From positions 1 through 35,046 of the forward strand of contig KE560974.1 in NCBI GenBank assembly GCA_000442015.1: a stretch of DNA of 35,046 nt, given 5' to 3'. The notes under the pieces are model-generated. The model had not been told where the DNA came from. It saw only the letters and a list, made by a program, of their open reading frames with translations, and searched no databases. The position numbers were made by a program, and so were the translations under genes. Source of the stretch: Rozella allomycis CSF55 (Eukaryota). This document shows positions 26,048 to 35,046 of this stretch, in pieces; positions within the stretch are counted from its first letter, which is position 1, and each line of letters starts with the position of its first letter.

Positions 26048-27634
26048 ATGTCGAGGTCTTCTACTGCTCGCGAAAAAACGTAATCATAGATAATAAATAT
26101 AAAAGACCAAATCGCGAAGAGAAAATACGGCGATTTATCAAGGAAAAACCAAGAACATCCCGACTTGCGCGATATACACTTCAGAGACAACAGTAAAACA
26201 CTGAGTATGTAATCAAAGATATATGTTGGATAAAATTAAAGAAATAGAGAAAATGGAACAACGTGAACAGAAAGAGAAGCTGGAGGAACGTCATAAACGT
26301 TACAATGATGAGAAACAGATGATAAGGAACGCGCTTAACTCTCGAAAACAAATAAAACCTCTTGAAAACAATAAAAAAGATTCCGATGACCGTTGGAAAG
26401 GTTTATACCGTGACTTTCGAATCAGGAGTGCCCCACCACAAATTACGTCAAATGAATCAGACATGAACGATGTTACTATGCGGGTAATTTTTACTGATCT
26501 TAATGATAGCCCAATACAGAGCACGGTGGCCGAAAAGCAAGAAGTAAATAATTGTATTCATATGGAAAAGTATTCCACGAGTTTAATAAAGACGGTGCAA
26601 GAATAAAAGTTGTGAAATCTGCCCATGTAGAAAAGTCTCAGTCGTATAAAATTAATAGCTCCATTTCTGAAGAAAGTGATACATTTTTATCTCATGACAA
26701 TAAAGAAAGAAGCTACTTGTCGTTGTACTTTGAGGAGCTAATGCTCAAAGCACAAGAACAGGTAAACCAAGAGGAACAAAAGTTACGACCTCCTTGTTAT
26801 TACAAAGTGTATTCCCCTCGCTCCACAAAGGTTGAATGGGACCAGCCGGAAGCCATGGATGGTAGCACAGATAAGATGATAGAAGAAGTCCATCTTCCGT
26901 CCATGCCCCCATCTATAATGTTTTCAAGTGAACAGTTTATTTTAGAACCTCCTAAACAAGATCCAGAAGCCACTATATATTTTCAAACAACTACTAATGA
27001 AAAACAAGCAACCAAGCCAGGAGAGGCCGATGATGGCGATAGCGATAAGGGTTCTGCTACTAGTTTTGAAGCATCACAACATCATTTTGCAACAACTCGA
27101 GCTGTTAGTGCCATTAGCTCGACAGGTCAAGGTAAGCAAGCTACTTTCATGAATACAGATAATATTGATGTATTTCTATTTGTGGAACATTTATGCCATC
27201 AATCTGACTTGTCAGTTCCAGAAATAATGTCAACGGTGAACAGATTTCAATATCAAAAGCAATTGGAGCAATATAGCAAGAAATTAAAGCAGACAGAGCC
27301 AGAGTCAAGAGAATGGATGAAGTCTATGTGGAATGAATCATCGGCTTCACATTCAGAATCGAAATGGTTGGTTAATGCTAAGAGCCCAGGTTTGAATTCT
27401 ATTAGTTCAAAGAGAATTGGATCTTCAATTGGATCTCTTTCTCGACGAAGCAGCCGAGGAATAAAAGGGGTAAAAAGGAATCCCATTTGGTTGGAGCAAG
27501 AAAAGGCGCTTTTAGAAGAAATAAGGTTGTTGGATGAAATGATCATAGACAGAAATTCTCAATCATTCGGATCATCGACTGACTCTATGTATTCCATGGA
27601 AAACAGAAGAATGCTATTAAGGGCTGCAATTTGA
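26048..27634 (+). CDS. Hypothetical protein (coiled-coil and disordered)
   Basis: ATG 26048 (MSRSSTAREK) links ORFs 25915-26196, 26223-26606 and 26552-27634 in frame through four 26-27 nt GT-AG introns (e.g. 26544-26570). No family was recognised. Confidence 0.7.
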
Positions 27635-27666
27635 AAACAAATAGAAATTGTAATAAATATAGTTTA

Positions 27667-29803
27667 TTAAAACGATGAGCTTTCTGAAAAAGTGGTGCTA
27701 GAGCTTTGAGATTTCTTAAAATCAAAGGCTTCTAGATCCTTGGCAGCTTCTTCCAGGTGTGAGAATGAAAAATCGCCATTTCCATCAAATCTCAAAAGAT
27801 AATTGTGGTACTTTACGAGAGATGGCCTATGAGAAACAGTGAATAATGTTATTCCCATTTCTTTAGCGTGGGAATACATGAAACCCTCAACATCAATGCT
27901 AACAGCGCTTGTGCATTCATCAAGAATAGCAAACTGTGGACGATGATAAAATAATCTTGCCATTGCAATTCTTTGTTTTTCTCCACCACTGAGCACATCA
28001 CTCCAATCTTGAATTGAATCAAACCCTTCATCCCGCTTTGCCAAATATCCAAGTGAAACGCTCTCAAGTAAACCAAGTAAATAATTATCATTAAGACCTT
28101 TTTCATTAAAGTTCTTCAGAGTGTCTGGGTAAATGATTTGATCTCGCATCGTTCCGATTGTCATGTATGGCTTTTGAGGCACGTAAAACATTTGTTTTGG
28201 ATTTGGACGCTTCAAGTCACCCCCGTAAATTGGCCAAAGCCCACCAAGGATTCTAAAGAGGGAACTTTTTCCACTTCCGTTTGGTCCTGTTACAAGACAA
28301 TTCATTCCACTCTTTACACAAAAAGTTAATTCTTTCACAAGTAAGTCTCCATTTGGAGTTCTTATTGGTATTTTATTGAACTCAATGATGCCATCAACTT
28401 CTTCAACTCTTCCAGAGGCATTGACTATCTCAATTTGAATGGATTAATTACTATCAAAATCATCAATCATTTTTTTTTGATAAATATCATTTTGTAAATC
28501 ATTCATAACTTTGTAAAAATCTGAAACTCTGAAAGTATAACCCGCCAATTTTGTCAGATCTCTTCCAGCTAAAATGACCTTTCCAATAGCCTGAGATAGA
28601 TTAATTAAATAATTGGCTATCTATAATGGTAGTCAAGTATTACAATTTCTACTATAATCTTCCATAATCTTAGCCGGGTCTTTAGACATGGCACCCATCA
28701 ACTCAGTTGCTACTAATTTGCACCTTTAAAGGTTACCATAGTTTGAATCAAAAACTGGACGAGATAACAAATAGTACGCTAATATCGTAGCATAATATTT
28801 AACAAACGCAGAATCTATAATTCCATTTGAAAATCTCAAGAACTGAATCTTTTTGGCGTGTTGAACAATCTAATTAAACAATTTGCAAATGAAAACCTTT
28901 TCAAACGATTTTTTAACAATTTCCTTTTCCTTTTCAGCGCCACGATAAAACGCAATCTCTTCTGCATTCGCTATGATTCTTGAATGGGTAAACCTAAAGT
29001 CTCCCTCCATTTTCTGTTCTTCTGAAACATATTTGCCAAATGGCGGAGATATTGACCTCAAAAATAACGCAGATGTTGCAAAATATGCAATCATATATAA
29101 TGGAGCGTCCTTTCCTATCGCTTCACTCAACTTGTAAGCAAACAAACCAATATCAACCAAGGGTTTCGCAATGTCCGAAAATAGATGTGACAAGCTGAAG
29201 GAGAATTTCTCAATATCCTTTTAACACTAAATTGACATTAATACTTGCGCTATTAGCTGATCAGGATTTTGAATACGATTATCTAAATTTGACATTTTAT
29301 AAAACACCATTTCCTTCAAATAATTGTCATTGGCAAAATCTGTCAAGCGTTTTCGAAAACAAAGCGTTAAACTTGTAATGCACCATTTTAGTGAGTTATT
29401 AACAATTGACATCGGCCACATCATGATGCCAAAAGTATAAATCAAATTTTTAAGAAATGTTTGTCGATCTCGCGTGACAATTGATTTCACAATTTTTCCA
29501 GTGAATCCACCAAACCAGATATCAAGCGCGGATCTCATAATTAAGACAAGGGCAAGCAAAACTAACAATAATGTTTCTTTACACACAATTTCTTGTCCTT
29601 GACAGAATAAAACAAGTACTTGGTATACATATTGGAAGAAGCCAACTTATCCTTTCAAAAAAGTCTCTATTGACTCCAACCTTTACCGCTTTTCCTTTGG
29701 ATTTTCTTGATTGTAATTTTTTGTATACAATGGCAGATAAAGTAATGCCTGCTGTGATGTATGCAGCCCTAGGTATAGCAATGCCCTTAGTCAATGTAAC
29801 CAT
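27667..29803 (-). CDS. ABCD3: Peroxisomal ABC half-transporter, ABCD subfamily (PMP70/ABCD3/Pxa-like)
   Basis: Motifs: FYKMSNLDNRIQNPDQLIAQD, KPLVDI, EGDFRFTHSRIIANAEEIAFYRG (EAA), LAGYTFRV, Walker A GPNGSGKSS, FYVPQKPYMTIGTMRDQIIYP, LSGGEKQRIAMARLFYHRP and ILDECTSAVS. It has five introns of 27-28 nt. The exact ABCD paralog is uncertain. Confidence 0.92.
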
Positions 29804-30949
29804 TCAATTTCGTAAAATTTGGAATTTGAAATGACGGGCGAAAGGCTTTTTATAATATAGATTCTTAATTCATACATGTTAAGTACCCATTTCAATCTTT
29901 AGTTTACTTTCTTCGCGTTTTTCAAAGCGCATTTACCGCTCTACAGAAAGTGGGGGCTAAAGGAAATTACACCCCGCGTGTTACAGCACCCCATAGGTGA
30001 GAAGAAATATGATTGGTGGAATGGAATGGCAAGTAATGCGCCTCACCTGTGCGAGTTTAATCCATTGCGGCTGAGTTTAATATTTAATCATTTGGTGTGA
30101 CCGTGACGGCATGACCGCATGAGGTATCAAAGGTGAAAACAAGTAACTGGCAGTTGACATTTACTATACCATTTAAAACATAAATATAACGCATACATTA
30201 TGAAGTTGCCGTCTATTTGAGTGACGTTTGAGTGTTTTATCTGGGCCATTCATTGTTACACTTATACTGTTGGGACGTGATCAATCACTACACAAAGGAC
30301 TTTTGGATGATACTAAATCAAATGATGTTAGTACTATGGCATCGCTGTGAACGTCAAGAATATTCCCGTTTCAATTCTTATCAATATTTTTCTCAAGCTC
30401 GACACTGGTGCCGTCGTCGATCATTTCCATTTAGTTTAAAAGTTGGACGTGGATTAACGAGATGCTCATATTCTAACATATTTCCCTCTACATTTTGTCC
30501 TCGTTAATTTTGATTGCCCTGAATATTCTTGGCATCTTGGTGACCAATACTAGTAGTAGCTCTATTTCAGCAGGGGTGTATGCACTTGGGCCTTTGTAGT
30601 GTTCCCACTTTTATCGGGACGTTGCATTAGAAATTTAGAATGGATCTGTGGAATTGTTTTCTTAGGGGGTCCATGTTGTCGTACCTAGCGTATAGGGGGA
30701 CACCTGTAGTGGATATCAAACTCCAACCCAGCACCTTTTCTGTGGCTTATAGACCCATTATCTCCAAAAATTATGGCGACAAATTTTTTAGTCTCCGAAA
30801 CAGGATATTCTCTGCTAGATACGGAGTTGCATTTGGGCGAAAAGCTTTGTCAGGGGGCTGAGATAATCAAACCCCGAGGCCGTAAGATAACAAACTGCCA
30901 AAATGTGGCAGTTTGCAAAAACATTTAATCAGTAAAAATATATTTTTGA

Positions 30950-32310
30950 TCACATAAAGAACGTATTTATGTCGCTGCTGTAAAACTTGATCAACGACAT
31001 TCCGCATCAATCTTTGTGGCGAATGTAAAACCGCACGTCTGTTGGGAAATGGTTTTGAGCAATACCCGGATGAGCAAATGAACAAACAGGGCGTACAATT
31101 CAACGAGACAATAACCACATGTGGATGCGAAAATTTGAAGATGAACAACATTCAATTGGCAAAAGAAATAGAAAGAAAAACTGGTCTGCAATGTCGCGAA
31201 TAATTTGGATATTTTAAAACCAAAAATGAATTTGATCAAAAATTTGGCAGATATTGTTGAAGCTGACAAAAATGAACGTTTGAAATTCATGATAAAACTG
31301 TGAGCTGGCTCTGAGAACAATCCCTTTACAGTAGGATTTACATTCTACATTCTGGTAGACAATCTCGACCAAGCGTATCGTTTAATGATTGGTAGTATTG
31401 TATTATCAGGTAAATGAAGACTGTATTTAATATAGAGGATGAAACTTTGAAATTGATCCTATGGGATACCAGCTAATTGTATTGGGGTTTATCGATGTGG
31501 CGGGGCATTTCCATTTAATGGATCTTAGTTTGTTTAATCACCGACGGGACAGTGACTATAAAGATGTATTGTTAATTTCAGATGCGTCTGACGCTATTTC
31601 CAATGCTTTTCAAGAACTGCTTCCAATTGAATCTTACGTTTATGAGATGTGCTGTGCACACGTGGAACGTAATGGTTTTAAACAGTTAATACAATTATAT
31701 TTGATCATTGACAAACGAAACGAAATCCCATCTTGAGTAAAGGGATTAAAAAATTACGCTTTCCAAGATCCTCAACTGAATGGAAAGTTGGAAGGAAATT
31801 TATACTTTGATTCAAGTATCCGGCAAAGTCAACGGTGTTGAAAAGTTGGCTGAATATGTTGAAGACACCCGGGGGAAGCATGAAACGTTTACCTCTAATT
31901 GGCAAGCATATTTAACACCCCCCAAATGTCCTGTTACGAACAACAGGATCGCATCATTCAATGCACACGTGAACTGCCAGTACACTCCCCCCGAACGCTT
32001 GGCTGCTGGTGAACGTTTTGGCATTTTCGCTGACATTATTGACGCTTTAAAGATTACCGATCAGGGCAATTTAAAATTTGGTGCAGCATTAGCCCAAAAA
32101 GCGATGGAAAATAAATAGAAAGATTCAAATATGTTGCAAATGTCGGAAACAAAAATGTAGCGGTTAAATGCTCAAAAGGGAATTATTATAAGGAGTTCGA
32201 AACGTTTTCTTGCGATTGTCATCATAAGCTCTATTGGAAGACATATATTCATATATTGCTTGCATTAAATGTTCTGGATATTGAACCCCCATTTGAATCT
32301 ATTGATGATT
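30950..32310 (+). mobile_element. Degenerate Mutator-like (MULE) DNA transposase
   Basis: Fragments across frameshifts read DETLKL../GYQLIVLGFIDVAGHF (first catalytic D region), LISDASDAISNAF..LP..MCCAHVERN (second D plus CxxH), TNNRIASFNAHV (decayed TNNxxESxN) and a SWIM-like FSCDC...IHIL near 32200. No TIRs were identified. Confidence 0.8.
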
Positions 32311-34819
32311 AATCAAGACGAAACGAAAAGCAGATCCTGATATGAAAAACACATCGAACGTGAAGAGGCTCCCTGTAGGTTTACGTGTATTTAAGTGACT
32401 TTGATTGGATGATGCTGGGCTGCACCGTAATGGCATTTGGTATGTCATTATTAACGCTGGGTCTATTTCAACTTAGAAATAAATAATGTCTTTCGTCACA
32501 AAAACTATAGGTAGTGCAAACTAAATCTCAAACATATTTGATTTTAATTTTTATGCCAGTATTCTCGAAATCATGGATGCATTTCTTTTTGCTTATGTGA
32601 AACTTAGCAATTAGCATATATCAAACCTTTGGCATCACACTTGACAAAATATTGGTTCATTTTCATTTTTTGATCCCATAAGCGGCGCACCTCCATCTCC
32701 ACTGACAGCGTGTTCAACACAAGGAGTTCAAAAGGTCACGTCTATACATAATTTTCTAAGACTAGAGCAAAATATCTGCCAGTTTAGTAAATACAATGTC
32801 CGACAGCCAATTCTGTTTGCAATGCCTTGTGTGTTGTTAGCCAAATCATGTTTCTCTTGACAAATTGTTGCGTTACCACCGTGACAGTTCCATTGACCTT
32901 TTGCACATTCACGACACTGACCATGATGATTAAAGAACTTTATACCAACAAATGAACTTAACACGGGTTATAAAGCAAGACTTGAAGGTCTAGAATTTTG
33001 CTTTGACTCTGAGCGTGAACGCGATAATTCTGGGCCTGCGCTAATATACCCTCATAGTCACACGCAAACGGTGACATGATGAAACCCCGGTTTGTTTAGC
33101 ACATGGATTTAGATCATGGATTCTCCCTTACGCAACCAGTTTTAGTAATTAGGATAGTTTAGACATACAGGCGTTTCCGCAGCAATGATCCCAATATTTT
33201 TCACCATGTTGTGGTACAAACGCAATCGTTGAACTGATATTCATGAATGCTGCGAAACATCAATGGCAAAATTATAGCATTGCCAAGTGGTTGCAGAGCA
33301 TCTGTTATTTACACTAGGTTGCACAAATGCAATAAGGCCACATCATGTTACAACAGCTGGCTTTCAAATAAAAATGGATCTTATGGTGAATGGTCGAACA
33401 TGCCCAGGTGACATTTGCGTCGACAAGTAACATGCCATGCTCTCTTAAATAGGTAAAGCAAACACAAGTTATTTACAACGTATGCCCTTTTTGATGTTGG
33501 CACAAATCGCCTCGCAACGGCAGACTACGAATTTGACAAGGTAAGAGAATTATTATGGTTAGTACTAGTCATATATTACAGAACTATATGAGTGGCCCTA
33601 TGGACAACCGGACTGTTCGTGACATTATTTCAGGGGAGCATCAAACCATGGAAAAATCTCATGATCCTTTTGGCGCTTGCATTCAATTAGAGCTACTTAA
33701 AAACATGTATTCAGTAATCACCACCAGACGATCACGGATGTTTTTGTAGAGTTGATATTTCCTTTCCGGAACGCGTGAACGCTAATTTTGCGTCTGACAA
33801 AACTGATGACTATGCCCGCGACACCGTAGCATGGCTTTCGACTATTTTGACGCGTGTATATATAGCTCATGAAACGAAGTAAAATACCGTTTTGACATTG
33901 ACAATCAACTCCATCTTAATGTGACATCTCTAGAACTTAAATACTATGGCAAATTAGTATTTACAATATTCCTTGTCTTTAGCATTGTAGCTAAAATCAT
34001 TCCTTATGTTGTCTATTTCAAATTGTCTTTAATGTCCTTAAATGCAACATCGTTCAAAGCAATGGAGTGTATCATGAAATCTCTGAATTGGTCGTTGAAC
34101 TATGTGTAGACTTTGACTATTATATGTTATCAGGAACAGTAACTTCAATATATATCTTGGTAGCTACATTCAAAAAACTTCAATCAAACTCTAACCCGAG
34201 TTAAGTTTAACGCGGAGCAACTGGCGTGTCGTATAATTTTAAATTCATCGGGTACAATCGTCAGATTGGGGGACATGCTTCGCGTCGGGACCCCGAAATA
34301 CCTGAGGCTAAGGCTATGGACATCTTTCAACTGTTAGAAGACAAAACGTGGAATGAAAAGATATTTAAGAAAGTGGTGAGCGAAGCTTATGGCTTCGCCG
34401 GTAAAGGTAAACGTGATTCAGCAAGCTGAATCATAAATGAGTTGGGGCCTCACAACACGGGTTGTTGGAGCCGTTCGATGTCAGACAATAGACACTTCGC
34501 CTGCTGAATCGACTGGCCATTTTGCCAGTCCACAAGTTACAATTTGTGAAGTACTTTTGGTGTAAATTTGGCCGAAACATTACTCCCCTAGACATTTAAG
34601 AAAATTCGTGAACGCCAAACTATTAACGCTTCGCCTCCACTGGGTTCCGGCTCGTCAATTAGTACGTATTAGGTGTAATCCGTAAGTTGGGCAAACCACA
34701 CTAATTTGAAAAACTTAACACAGAAAACATGGAACTAAAACTGTTGTCAATCCAGGTAGACGAGTTCAGTTTTAATACATCATTTAGTTCAAACCAAAAC
34801 ATTGGTTGCGATTGGCACT

Positions 34820-34842
34820 AACTGTCCAACTGTCCAACTGTC
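34820..34842. repeat. Short tandem repeat (AACTGTCC), about 3 copies
   Basis: AACTGTCC AACTGTCC AACTGTC read directly. Confidence 0.7.
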
Positions 34843-35046
34843 AGACAATCAGAGAAATTGTGAAAATATTTCTTTCTTTAAAAGGTGTGAACAAGTGAGT
34901 CATAATCAAATTGAGCCCCCATTTTGTTTACAGCTCCCGCGTTTCCCACAACTTGCGACGACAAATAATAATAAATATCTTTACAAAAAAACTTTGTAGA
35001 AACAAGTACCGTAATTCGAAAAAAAGTTGAGACTAAAAACCCTGGC

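Noticed and set aside
29941..29980. ACAGAAAGTGGGGGCT and GGAAA..CCCCG resembling RNase MRP/P conserved regions
   Set aside because: The CR-V-like and CR-I-like motifs are in the wrong order and too close together.
33800..33880. CTGATGA followed by a stem, resembling a hammerhead ribozyme core
   Set aside because: No GAAA follows the putative stem II and no consistent stems I or III are present.
32600..34110. Short ORFs (32728-32964, 33555-33749, 33921-34109) as genes or a second transposase
   Set aside because: I found no recognisable motif or consistent spliced frame, so they are left unannotated.

Overview
AT-rich, very gene-dense eukaryotic DNA with about 40 traceable spliceosomal introns of only 26-31 nt. 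This suggests an early-diverging fungal or Rozella-like (Cryptomycota) parasite; the taxon is an inference from architecture and gene content. Housekeeping genes are Dopey/DOP1 (runs off the left edge), proteasome beta-6 (PRE7), KAE1, an RNF121-like RING protein, a SERCA Ca2+-ATPase, a GT49 (LARGE/B4GAT1-like) glycosyltransferase, TFIIH TFB4 and a peroxisomal ABCD transporter. Accessory content is an orphan 7TM gene, a cluster of four secreted orphan proteins (three clearly paralogous), one further secreted orphan, tRNA-Asn(GTT) with a decayed L1/Tx1-type LINE just downstream, and a gene-poor right end holding a MULE transposase relic. The main observations are: (1) two double-length introns (53 and 55 nt), each exactly two unit-length GT..AG introns joined by AG|GTAA with no exon between them, suggesting recursive splicing of tiny introns; (2) two transcription-independent G-rich to C-rich strand-skew domains; (3) a candidate effector family; (4) a tRNA-proximal LINE placed like Dictyostelium TRE3. 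Exon structures were traced by eye, and reference-protein comparisons are from memory rather than a database search.
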